Positions 14,468 through 25,300 of a DNA stretch of 64,000 nucleotides are shown here, piece by piece. The stretch's first letter is position 1. The number at the start of each line of letters is the position of its first letter. The translations under genes and the position numbers were made by a program. Under the pieces are notes generated by a model that was not told where the DNA came from, did no database searches, and worked only from the letters and a program-made list of their open reading frames with translations. Where the stretch lies: NCBI GenBank assembly GCA_965203315.1, contig OZ241857.1, forward strand, positions 288,001 to 352,000, read 5' to 3'. The stretch is from Nitrosopumilus sp. (GTDB lineage: Archaea; Thermoproteota; Nitrososphaeria; Nitrososphaerales; Nitrosopumilaceae).

Positions 14468-16008
14468 GGAGTTCATGCGAAAGTCGTTTTGAAGACTCTG
14501 GACACCTAGCAACAAAGACATTCCAAATTATAAAGTGATCTCAGGTTTGTGATCTGTGGAATTGTACGATTATGCATGTACGCAGAGTCAAAACAGTGAA
14601 TTATACCTTGATATTTTACAATATCATTCTATAAATCACAATGTTGGTGCGTATTATTTACGCAACTATGCGGTGAGATAATTTCATCTTTTTTAGTTTA
14701 GCCTGTTTTTTACGGTTTATCTTTACTCTCCATGCTGCAACAAGCTCTTCTAATCTAGGACTAGGTCTGCCGTGTTCATGATCCCAAAGAATGTGATAGT
14801 TGACCAGTGTAGATGCCATCTTGAAGGCATCGTTGTATTGGTCGTCATCTCCTCGGAACATGTTGAACAAGAGTTTAAACTGCTTTACACATCCAACTAC
14901 GTGTTCTACTGTAGCGCGTTCACTGTCTATCTTTTTGTTGTATATCTCTTGTTCTTTTGTGAGTTGCCCACCTTTGGGTTTCTTGTATTTTATGCCTATC
15001 TTGGCACCTACAAAGATATCTCGAATCCCTAGGAATCCTAGATCTACTAGAATGTACAGTCTTTGACGAAGTGGAGTGTTTGGATCTGTTAACGACATGG
15101 ACCACTTGCCAAGATTCAGTTTGAGCTCTTTGAATATGCTGAAATCGTGTGTCTTACCAGGAAACGTAGGAGACACATGTACTATCAGTCTCTCTTTTGT
15201 ACACATCAATAGCGTATTTACCGTATGCATCTTTTTTTTGCCTGATTTGTAGTCATTGCGTATCTCTCTATCTACGGGTGTTGGAACACGAGTGTGTGAT
15301 CCATCGAACAAGAATGTGTGATCCTTTACCCATTTTGCAAGCTCTTTCTTTGTCTTGCATTTACTTATCGCATTTGCCAACTCGTCTGGCGAAAAACCCA
15401 AACTCTGAAAAAACTGATTCATGTATGTACAGTACCGGGATACATTACTCTGATCTATGCCAAATCTACTGGCAAGATGGCACTGACTGTGACCACTCAC
15501 CAGTCTCAGAATTGCCAAGAGCATGGCATACTCGGGAGTTAGTTTGGATATTCTTCCACGTACTATGAGAACATTACGAAACTGTCTGTGAACATCTGCT
15601 GCCGGTATCCATTCTATAAACAGGCCGAGCAAAAAGTTAAACATGTCAAAATCCAGCTTTGTATGCTCCCATAGAGTCTTTTCATTGCTAAGAATATTCT
15701 TACATGGAGGGAGTTCGAGTTCTTTTTTTGCTGCTTTGAGCTGTTCTTCTGCTATATCTGCACGTTCTTCGGCTGCTTTGAGTCGTTGTTCAAGCACTAG
15801 TTCCTTGTTCGGATTAGCCATACTCTTGTTTATTCAAATTAGTATTTACCATAGAGTGTCTTAAAAAATTGTCTTGTTGCGTATTCTATTTTTGGTTAAT
15901 TTTTTACTCCTCCTCACATACACGAAACCCGCAATAACTCGGAGAATTTAGTCAGATTTGACCCATCACGCATCATATGTGCCTGAAAATGACTTTCGCA
16001 TGAACTCC
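14468..16008 (-). mobile_element. IS5/ISL2-type element A, copy 1 (1541 bp)
   Basis: 23-bp IRs GGAGTTCATGCGAAAGTC(G/A)TTTT; 3-bp TSD AAT; near-identical to 28676-30216. Confidence 0.93.
14658..15821 (-). CDS. DDE_Tnp_4 (IS5/ISL2-type) transposase
   Basis: HTH (LASRFGIDQSNVSR), FDGSH, DLGFLG, YNKKIDSERATVEHVVG motifs. Confidence 0.9.
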   Translation of the reverse strand: MANPNKELVLEQRLKAAEERADIAEEQLKAAKKELELPPCKNILSNEKTLWEHTKLDFDMFNFLLGLFIEWIPAADVHRQFRNVLIVRGRISKLTPEYAMLLAILRLVSGHSQCHLASRFGIDQSNVSRYCTYMNQFFQSLGFSPDELANAISKCKTKKELAKWVKDHTFLFDGSHTRVPTPVDREIRNDYKSGKKKMHTVNTLLMCTKERLIVHVSPTFPGKTHDFSIFKELKLNLGKWSMSLTDPNTPLRQRLYILVDLGFLGIRDIFVGAKIGIKYKKPKGGQLTKEQEIYNKKIDSERATVEHVVGCVKQFKLLFNMFRGDDDQYNDAFKMASTLVNYHILWDHEHGRPSPRLEELVAAWRVKINRKKQAKLKKMKLSHRIVA

Positions 16009-16038
16009 AATATTCAACTTGACATGTACTCGTGAATA

Positions 16039-16371
16039 CTATTTGTTTGGGACTAGTGTGATTATGGGTTCCTTTTTTTTGATGTCAATCACTGCTTTAC
16101 TTATTCGACTTTTATATGACCTGTATCTTCTACCTTTATCTGAGATCATCCATTTTGCAACCTCGATCAGAGCGAGTTCTTCTAGTTCTGAGAGTTTCTT
16201 GTACACGGAGCTTAGAGGTATTGATAACTGCTCTGAGAGTTCCGTCGCTGTCTTTGGTTTTCTTGTGATCGAAAATAATATGTGGCGTGCTTCATGATCA
16301 GCAAGTGTTTCGATTATCTTTTGATTGATATCATATTTTTTCAGTTGTGCGGACGTCATACGTTTTTGCAT
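16039..16371 (-). CDS. ArsR-like winged-helix transcriptional regulator
   Basis: KPKTATELSEQLSIPLSSVYKKLSEL helix-turn-helix. Confidence 0.85.
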   Translation of the reverse strand: MQKRMTSAQLKKYDINQKIIETLADHEARHILFSITRKPKTATELSEQLSIPLSSVYKKLSELEELALIEVAKWMISDKGRRYRSYKSRISKAVIDIKKKEPIITLVPNK

Positions 16372-16717
16372 ATCATATATGATATTTTAGCCTATTTAAA
16401 AAGTATTGTTCTAGTTGTGTTATTCTGATTATATAGAATGAGATTAACATTAATCTAAAGTTCAATATTGATAAACTATCTGTATCCTAGTTTTGTACGT
16501 TGTGATGATAGTTGGTTGGTCATGCATGTGATGTTTGTGGCATAATGATCAACTGAGCATGATTCCATTTAACGTACTGGATGATACATCTCGCTTGTAT
16601 GCTTTGTTCTGTGTTTTGTAACGAGTATTGTATTTTTTCATACTTGGTACACGATTCGCTCTTGTTCTCTGATGTTTCGGCTACGCAAAAATCCAAGTGT
16701 TGCGTTGTCAAGCTTGT

Positions 16718-17437
16718 CTAGAGATGCATAGTCTTTTCTGGCTCTAATTTATTCCATAAAATTCCTAACAACAATCCATTCGTAATCCAAAACGAAAAGA
16801 CTCCGATAACAGACATCATCCTAAAGCCGTCAACCATCTCCCTTGGAATATCAGTAGATTCTGCATTCGATGGCATTACTATGAACAAACATGATACTAG
16901 AGCGACATAGACTATTGGTCCGATAACTCTTCCATGTTTTTTGAGACTCGTTACTATCTTGTAGCACGCAATAGCTCCTACTCCAGACATGATCACAAAT
17001 CCTATGTACAACATAGTTCGTAGCGCTAATGTATCTTCACTTCCAGTACCTGGCAATACTGCAGGATATTTCAAAAATGGGATCAAATACAAAACAACTC
17101 CCATTGTTGCGGCTAGAGCTATTGATTTTGTGATGTATCTGCCACCTGGAAGCCGCTTTCTAGTTAGATAGTATACTATTCCAAAGAGCGAACCGATGGA
17201 TACTCCTAAAATAACGCTGGCAAATACCTGCCCTCCCTTCTGCCACGCTCTATATCCTTCATACTCTGCTTGGAACTCTGGAGTGTTCTCTTGACCGACT
17301 GCAAAGAGTCGCTCATTTTCTAGACCTATGGCCTGATCTAAATAAGGTTCAACTATTATGAAATTAACTGTGCCCTGTACCAACCCTGCTAGCGCACCGG
17401 CAACCAAGACTATTATGACAAAAATAACTGTATTCAT
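16718..17437 (-). CDS. cbtA: Cobalt transporter subunit CbtA
   Basis: Multi-pass membrane protein with VEPYLDQAIGLE and IPFLKYPA motifs, immediately downstream of cbtB. Confidence 0.85.
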   Translation of the reverse strand: MNTVIFVIIVLVAGALAGLVQGTVNFIIVEPYLDQAIGLENERLFAVGQENTPEFQAEYEGYRAWQKGGQVFASVILGVSIGSLFGIVYYLTRKRLPGGRYITKSIALAATMGVVLYLIPFLKYPAVLPGTGSEDTLALRTMLYIGFVIMSGVGAIACYKIVTSLKKHGRVIGPIVYVALVSCLFIVMPSNAESTDIPREMVDGFRMMSVIGVFSFWITNGLLLGILWNKLEPEKTMHL

Positions 17438-17446
17438 GACTCTGTC

Positions 17447-17662
17447 CTAGTGACATGGAAAACCTGATGCATGTCTAATATCATGAGTAAGCTCGTGTAG
17501 ATACTGATCTACAAACGCCTGATCGCCATAAACCAAACTGAACGTATGTCCTTGGTCAAACGCAACCATAAAGAGTGCTACGATAGATACTAAACCCAAC
17601 ACTACGAATGCGACCTTTGATACACCTCTTTGTTCTACATTCACTTGCCTTGATTCTGACAT
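17447..17662 (-). CDS. cbtB: Cobalt transporter subunit CbtB
   Basis: One TM helix plus the signature LHELTHDIRHASGFPCH. Confidence 0.92.
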   Translation of the reverse strand: MSESRQVNVEQRGVSKVAFVVLGLVSIVALFMVAFDQGHTFSLVYGDQAFVDQYLHELTHDIRHASGFPCH

Positions 17663-17805
17663 AACTGTTGGCAAAAGTTTAGTGTATTTAAGCTCTTGGA
17701 TAATATATCCAATTAATAAGCAAGGACGTGTCAAAGACGTGTATCATACAAAAAATGCGTCTAGCACAAACAAGATATCGTTTCAAAGATCGACATACAT
17801 TTTAT

Positions 17806-19504
17806 GTACGAGGTTAGGTTTAAAAGATCTACCAAAAGGGACAACTTTTCTAGATAATCTAGGCTAAATCCAAACATTACCAATTATGACAATGTCTAGA
17901 CAGATCGCGAGACAAAAGACTACCAAAAAAGATAGGGAGACATCTGCCAAGATAGCAGATCTAGAGGATACTGTCAAGCAGCAAAATGATACCATCGAAC
18001 AACAACAAGAGACCATTACGAGTCTACAAAAACAAGTTGCAAAGCAGAAGAGAATGAATATGAAACTGTACGAGATTTTACTTGCTACAATTATGGGACT
18101 CCAAGTATCTCCAAATTCAATCAATGATTGTTTTAATGTATTCCAAAGGATGATCAAAATTATAGAACGTGGTCAACAACTATCACAGACCAAGATTCGT
18201 AACACCAGAAAAAAGATAGAGGGTAAAAAAGAAAAGATAGAGGTACAAACAGCACAGGCCAAGAACAAAGAAACGAGACGCAAGCAGCTCGACAATTCTA
18301 ACGTACCCTCATCAAAACAACCAGATCATGTAAAAAAGGGTACAAGAAAATCTAAAAGCGAATGGAAAAAAGCAGGACAAGACAAGGGTCACAAAGGAGT
18401 TTCCGACAACATAAAAACAGACAAGACAAGACATCATAAAAAAGAAAAGTGTGATGGATGTGGCAGTAAGCATGTTGACAACAAGAGGTCTAGACAAAAG
18501 AGAACGATTGACATACAGATCATAATATTGCACATACTCCATATCGGATACTTTTACAACTGTAGAGATTGTGGCGCATCAGGCGATACATTCGACAGCA
18601 TCCCAGACATACTACACAACACAATGTTGTGCCCAATTCTAGGCGTGATTGCAACCATAATGAGAAAGAATGGCTGTAGTATCAGAACAATAACTAGTAC
18701 TCTTCAATGCCTAGACCCGTGTATATCTAAAAAGATGGTAACGGGGGCAATAGACACGATTGCCGATAAACTAGACAAATATGTCAAAAAAATAGAGAGA
18801 ATGAACCTAAAATCCAAGGTAATCTACATGGATGAGACGTCGATGTCCCTTGCTGCGAAATTGGGATGGGTCTGGGTTCTTGTCGGCGATTATGGTACGC
18901 AATTCATCATATCGCCAGAGCGTACAAAAGATTTTCTAGAAAAAACGTTCAAAAAGTATATTCTGATACCACTCGTGTCGGATGGATATGTCGTGTACAA
19001 ACTATTCAATGTACGGCAACGTTGTTGGGCGCACATACTGCGAAATGCAAAAGATACAATGTGTGACGTACATACTGTACTAATGTACAAAAGATTGCAG
19101 AAACTACTTGAAATTGCAAAAGCACTACAGGTGGACAATCCCAATCATGTGGACATATACCTAAAATACAGAGTAGATGATCTAGTGCAAAAGACATTAT
19201 CACTTGCAGCAGAGTACAAGAAACTAGACAACGAATCTTGTCGTAAATTTGGAGTTCATTTAGCTAATGCTGCAGATGATCTATACACATTTGTGCTATA
19301 CTATGGTATGGAATACACAAACAACAGAGCAGAGCGAGCTATACGATCAATGGTGCTATTCCGCAAGGTAACTCAACGTATTGTATCTGAGGAGAGTAAA
19401 CGACGAGTTGGCAATATCTTTACATGTGTAACAACATGGGAGCAACAAGGTCTCAACGTCTATGATACACTCCTAAAAGTTGTGCGTGAGACCTAACCTC
19501 ATAC
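17806..19504 (+). mobile_element. IS66-family element (single-ORF type)
   Basis: IRs GTACGAGGTTAGGT / ACCTAACCTCATAC; 8-bp TSD CATTTTAT at 17798-17805 and 19505-19512. Confidence 0.93.
17886..19496 (+). CDS. IS66 transposase (TnpC-like)
   Basis: Coiled coil, NSNVPSS, GQDKGHKG, C4 zinc finger, MDETS, SDGY, QRCWAH, TNNRAERAIR. Confidence 0.93.
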   Translation: MTMSRQIARQKTTKKDRETSAKIADLEDTVKQQNDTIEQQQETITSLQKQVAKQKRMNMKLYEILLATIMGLQVSPNSINDCFNVFQRMIKIIERGQQLSQTKIRNTRKKIEGKKEKIEVQTAQAKNKETRRKQLDNSNVPSSKQPDHVKKGTRKSKSEWKKAGQDKGHKGVSDNIKTDKTRHHKKEKCDGCGSKHVDNKRSRQKRTIDIQIIILHILHIGYFYNCRDCGASGDTFDSIPDILHNTMLCPILGVIATIMRKNGCSIRTITSTLQCLDPCISKKMVTGAIDTIADKLDKYVKKIERMNLKSKVIYMDETSMSLAAKLGWVWVLVGDYGTQFIISPERTKDFLEKTFKKYILIPLVSDGYVVYKLFNVRQRCWAHILRNAKDTMCDVHTVLMYKRLQKLLEIAKALQVDNPNHVDIYLKYRVDDLVQKTLSLAAEYKKLDNESCRKFGVHLANAADDLYTFVLYYGMEYTNNRAERAIRSMVLFRKVTQRIVSEESKRRVGNIFTCVTTWEQQGLNVYDTLLKVVRET

Positions 19505-19767
19505 CATTTTATCAATCAAAGATTGGTAAAAAGTGCAATAGTTGAGGTCATAATGTCACATGATTCTCAAAAAACTTTGTGAGTTGTGGAACACATGTTG
19601 ACTATTGTGATCTTTTGACGCTTAGGAAGAAAGTATCTAGTTTCTAGTCTTTGTCAATGTGATGTTTACGCTCTTGTAAAGAACATCTTGGCAGATTAGT
19701 AGTATGGTTTGTGTAGCAAGATCACAATCAGAGCATTCCGCACACAGTTTGTACATATTCGTGATAA

Positions 19768-20207
19768 CCAATCTCTCAAGCAAAAAAGGGTGCCAAACTA
19801 AACTGAAATGGGTTTTTTGTTAATCAGAGCCGTTCCGGTTAAAGAAGAGTACAATCCAACAAGTACATTGGGGTCAAGATCGCCAATCTCTCAAGCAAAA
19901 AAGGGTGTCAAACTAAACTGAAATGGGTTTTTTGTTAATCAGAGCCGTTCCGGTTAAAGAAGAGTACAATCCAACAAGTACATTGGGGTCAAGATCGCCA
20001 ATCTCCCAAGCAAAAAAGGGTGTCAAACTAAACTGAAATGGGTTTTTTGTTAATCAGAGCCGTTCCGGTTAAAGAAGAGTACAATCCAACAAGTACATTG
20101 GGGTCAAGATCGCCAATCTCCCAAGCAAAAAAGGGTGTCAAACTAAACTGAAATGGGTTTTTTGTTAATCAGAGCCGTTCCGGTTAAAGAAGAGTACAAT
20201 CCAACAA
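19768..20207. repeat. Tandem array of a 115-bp unit (~3.8 copies)
   Basis: Units start CCAATCTC at 19768, 19883, 19998 and 20113; only two variable positions seen; no spacers. Confidence 0.97.
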
Positions 20208-20511
20208 CGTATGAAGGTCACAGATATGAATTGACTGATAAGATTGTGGGTGGGATGGGAAGTCGCTGAGTGCATCACTTTTACAATTCAAAGGTTTTGG
20301 ATATTTGGTGAATAGACAATACTCGATCTCAAGTGACAATACGATTGGTCTTGATCGTTGATATAGAGCTTAATTTTCATGCTCGAACCGCACACCATTT
20401 TTATTGTGTTCGATTAGCTAGTCTTAAATACAAAAAACGATCAACTAAAGTGAAATGAGCTTTTCATTAATTAGACTCGTCTCAATTATAGGACACCGGT
20501 AAAGCGAAGAT

Positions 20512-21672
20512 ATGGATGTTGAAGATTTTACAAAACCTAACGGCAGATTTGTAGCTAATTCTGAAGGTCAAATCTTATTTGTCCCCAAACTATTGCCTCA
20601 AAAGATAAACTACGATCACGAGATGATCGATCTTCTTACAAAGGCAATGGATAAGATCGGCGAGTTGAGAGGCATTGGCAGGCTCATAACCGATCCTAAT
20701 GTATTAATTCGAAGATATGTTCGTAGTGAAGCAACGACTAGTTCCAAAATCGAGGGAACGTTAGTATCGATAAACGATATTCTCCAACACGAGATAGGGG
20801 CGCATATCAGTAAACAAGACGCAGAACGGTTACGGCTACGAGAAGTTCAAAATTATATACGTGTATTGGAATCTAATTTAACATCAATCAGAGATGACAA
20901 AGTATCAATAACGTTAGATCTAATAAAGCAAATACACAAAGACTTGATGGACGGCGTGAGAGGCCACAACATGAAACTTGGGGAATTTAGAAGAGTTCAA
21001 AATTACATTGTCTCACATGGAAACAATATAGAAAGTTCTACATACAATCCACCACCACCAGAATATCTGGACGAGTTATTGAAAAACTTTGAGAATTTTA
21101 TTAAAGATATTCCCGATGATGCGTTTGTTCTTATCTCATGCGCCATAATGCATTACCAATTCGAAGCAATACATCCTTTTGAAGATGGAAATGGTAGGGT
21201 TGGTAGAATATTAATTGCCTTACTGTTAGTGGAGAAAGGAATACTGCCTCAACCACTGTTATATCTTAGTACATATTTTGAGCAAAACATTAGAGAATAC
21301 TATTCTGGCCTACTCGCAGTAAGTCAAAGGAGCGAATTAGATGATTGGGTTAAATTTTTCCTATCTGGTATAATCAAACAAACAACAATGACAATACAAA
21401 ACATAAATAAATTGTTAGAGCTAAAAGATAGATACAAAAATCAGCTAGGAGATATGCGTGTAGGCTCTAAATCAATTTTGTTATTAGATCATTTGATTGA
21501 AAATCCGTTTGTCACTATTCCTTATGTCCGCAACAAACTGTCTACAAGTTATCCTGGAGCTAAAAACATAGTACAAAGACTAATGGAGATCGGAATATTG
21601 GAAGAGACAACAGTCAAGCATAAAAGTAAAGTCTTTGTAGCCCGAGAAATCTTTAATGTGCTAGAGTCATAG
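20512..21672 (+). CDS. Fic family protein (class II, N-terminal autoinhibitory motif, C-terminal HTH)
   Basis: Canonical HPFEDGNGRVGR; inhibitory SSKIEG; C-terminal wHTH. Confidence 0.93.
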   Translation: MDVEDFTKPNGRFVANSEGQILFVPKLLPQKINYDHEMIDLLTKAMDKIGELRGIGRLITDPNVLIRRYVRSEATTSSKIEGTLVSINDILQHEIGAHISKQDAERLRLREVQNYIRVLESNLTSIRDDKVSITLDLIKQIHKDLMDGVRGHNMKLGEFRRVQNYIVSHGNNIESSTYNPPPPEYLDELLKNFENFIKDIPDDAFVLISCAIMHYQFEAIHPFEDGNGRVGRILIALLLVEKGILPQPLLYLSTYFEQNIREYYSGLLAVSQRSELDDWVKFFLSGIIKQTTMTIQNINKLLELKDRYKNQLGDMRVGSKSILLLDHLIENPFVTIPYVRNKLSTSYPGAKNIVQRLMEIGILEETTVKHKSKVFVAREIFNVLES

Positions 21673-22309
21673 ATGTTGCAAACATGGTAAAACAGATTTG
21701 TCTTGTGAGTGTTTTGTGAAACTGATCGGTCTTTGCCTAAAATTTCTATTTATCAATATCACACATCTTGCATAATGGGCAAAGCCGTTCATCGCTAACC
21801 AGTTGGTTGGGACAAACATACAATCTGACGCGAGACAGAGTGCAGGTTTGCCCAAGTTGATGTTGTGTTGACATATCACAAAGAGTAATGAAATTCGATG
21901 AAGCAAAAGTACCATGCAACGTGCGGAAAAAGGAACCAAGAGCACAACAATTGCAGAATGTATGAGATGGGAGTGTCTACTTGGATTCAAAAGATATAGA
22001 CACGATACAAGAACATAGAACCAAACCAATCTGTATGTCCTAGAACTGCGGATAAACTCTAGAAGAATCTTTGAAGCAATCACACAAACTAGTATCCAGA
22101 TGATCTATTAATGAAGGTCAACTATGTTCGATCACACATGTCTCTAAAGCATGATTCCAAGGGATCATCTGACGCATTTGTTGAGAAACAACCTCTCAAA
22201 AACAGTTGTTGAATCAGATGAACATCATGTCACATAAAGTACTTTACATATTCTACAGCTCAAGATTACAAAGAACCGACTTATATATGACATCCTGTTG
22301 AGACTTTAC

Positions 22310-25300
22310 ATGAGGTTTCATGTAATATCCTCAAGTTTATTGATAGTATTTTCATTACTGTTTCTGTCCCTTGATCAAGCATATGCCGAGACAGATATTT
22401 CACAGAAATTTGATCCCGGGTTTTATGATAGGATTCAAGATATTGTAGATACAAACTCGCTTATTCTAAACAGTAATGGTTCTATACCCAGTGGTGCATA
22501 TATATCTGATGACTTTTACAATGTTATAATATATGTCACAAGGTACAACGTCAATTCCACTATTCCGGAAGACGTAGCACAAAACAAAGAAAAGATTGTA
22601 GATATACTGAATGAGATCGGTGCCAAAGATATCATTGTCGCAAAATCTCTATCTTTCATTACTGCTTCTGTTCCTGTTAACGAGATATCTCATCTTGCTA
22701 CACATGATATTGTATATCAAATCGGAGATGGTCAAGAAATGATTGGAATCCAAATAGATAAATCAAAAAAGGTTGTTTTAGGATCTACTAAAGATATTCC
22801 AATACATAATGGCAGCAGAGTCACAGGTAAGGGAATAGTTGTATCTGTAGTAGACAGTGGCATAAACCACCTGGCTCTTAATGACAAAGTAACAAAGAGA
22901 ATTTACTGTCCATCTGACACATGCAAGATAAAAAAGGGATTATTTCGAGGTCCCGTATCATTTGACCTTGGTATATTGAATGGTACCTCGCCTATCACTC
23001 ATGGTACCAAAGTAGCCCAAATACTCGCAGCCTCAGGACTGTATGAAGAAAATGGAATTGCACCAGGAGTTACACTACTTGATGCATTATGGGCATCAGA
23101 GTATCGTGGTAGTAGATTACACCAACGACACTCAAGTACTGCGTTTGCACATTCACTAGATTGGTCACATACACAAGGTGCTGATGTAATAAATCTTAGC
23201 GGTGGTACTTTCTTGGCATGTAATCCAAATACTGTAACTTCAACTTTAAATTTAATTGCAGATGAAGTAGTTGAAAAGGGAATAGTGTTTGTCATCGCGG
23301 CTGGTAATCACGGGTCTTCTTACAACGTTCCAAAATATAATAGTGTTCCCGCGCTTAACTGTGCTCACAACTTGATCACCGTGGGCGGAGTAAATACATG
23401 GAGTTCTATTAAAATGTACAAAGGATCTAGCAGGGGACCCTCTCATGACAGTACGCCCATATTGAAACCAGAGATTGTAGCTCCTGCTGTTTTTGTTACT
23501 GTGGGAGATTCAGCGATAAGAGACGGATCTTATACTTATATGTCGGGTACAAGTGCTGCAACACCACTAGTATCTGGTACAACCGCATTGATGTTAGAAG
23601 CAAATCCACAATTAACCCCAGCTGACGTAAAAGCGTTGTTATTGCTGGGTGCAAACTGGACTGGTCCGGTACCGTGCACATCCAAACAGTACGAACAACA
23701 TAACCCTCAAGATAACTGTTCTTTTGCAAGAAAACCTAGCAATACAATCACCGCAAACAATAAACAATCATTAGGGATATTAAATAATGTAGGGTTTGGT
23801 ATACTAAATACACGACAAGCAGTACAATATGCCTATCAGCCAGACAATTACATCTCAGATTACATTGATAGTACAAACAATACAAGAAAATACGCGATCA
23901 ATATAACGGACACATCAAAACCAGTAAAGATAATTCTTAATTGGTTGATTAAAGCACCCGGCAACCAAATACATAAACCTGGTGGATTGTACATATCTCC
24001 TTACACAGATCTCAATTTTAATGTAAAATGTGAAAGTGGCCAAACTCTTAATGCTACCTCAAAATATCAGACAAATGAATTTGTAGTGTTTCAACCTACT
24101 GCAAAAGGAATATGTGATGTGACTGTCACACATAGTACAAGCCGACTTGTATATTTTGCACAGACTGTTTTAAGTCAAAGTACAATACAACAAAATTACA
24201 CTATTGCGAGTACAGTACCATTTATCACACTCACGGAGACACCCCCGAATAGACAACCTACTATACAACCTGTTGTACCTGACCCGGCAAACAATGCCAC
24301 ATCAATACCGCCTCCTCCTCCACCACCACAGCTGCCTGTTCAAGTGTCACCTCCACCACAAAACACTACACAAACAGAGACTATACAAATAACTAAACCT
24401 GTGTCTAAGGGATTTGACAACAACGGTAGAACAATCGATCTGTACCATGGCATCAGCGATAGAATAAGAATAGATACGGCGTATCAACACGATGGCACAT
24501 CGTACCATGTTAACAATAAAGCATATATCACAATGTTCCGCGATACATGGATAACAAATAAACAATTCACAGCTCAGGGTGGACAGTACTGTTATGTAGG
24601 AGATCTGCTAGTTGGGCAAGATGCAGATATATCTCAAAACCATACAAACACACTGAATATAAAATTTAGACAGTCTACCGATCCCGGTAGATGCAATGGC
24701 TCACCAAGTATTACGCTTGATGATAAACTAGTACTGAGTAAAGAAGTGTATGTACGATTTGTAGGTACAAATGGTCAAACACCATTCTATTACAATGGAT
24801 CTGATGTAATAGAGATACTAAAATGTTCTAGTGAGAACTTTGACCGTAACATAAACCGTTGGATTCAAACAAACCATTTGATAGGAGATACAGAAGTATG
24901 TTATGGTAAAGACGGAAATGATACTATATTGGTATCAAAGGTACTTGCCGTATTTGGTGTAACAACACAAGATTTATCACAAAAAGTAATACCAAAACCA
25001 CCGTCGCAACAACCCCCTCCACCTGTACAAACAATCAATCCAATGGTACAATTACCAATACAAGATTATACTATATACAATAACACAATAAATGGTAATA
25101 ATGTTGATCAAGAAAAAATTGATACAGTACATAAAATGTTGCCAATTTGTACTCAAACATATTCGCCCATCAAACAATCTGTAAAATTATCTAGTAATGG
25201 AGATGTGGATGTTTATTATTCTAGTAAAGGAGATTTTGATCATGGTACCATATTCACAACAATAAAAAATGATTCTGGAACATTTACTGCAGTATCTTCA

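Noticed and set aside
19768-20207. CRISPR array
   Set aside because: The 115-bp units are near-identical end to end with no unique spacers, and there are no cas genes in the window.
21667-22083. 138-aa minus-strand ORF, and similar short ORFs at 31756-32194 and 52300-53019
   Set aside because: No recognisable motifs and weak starts; probably degraded or shadow sequence.
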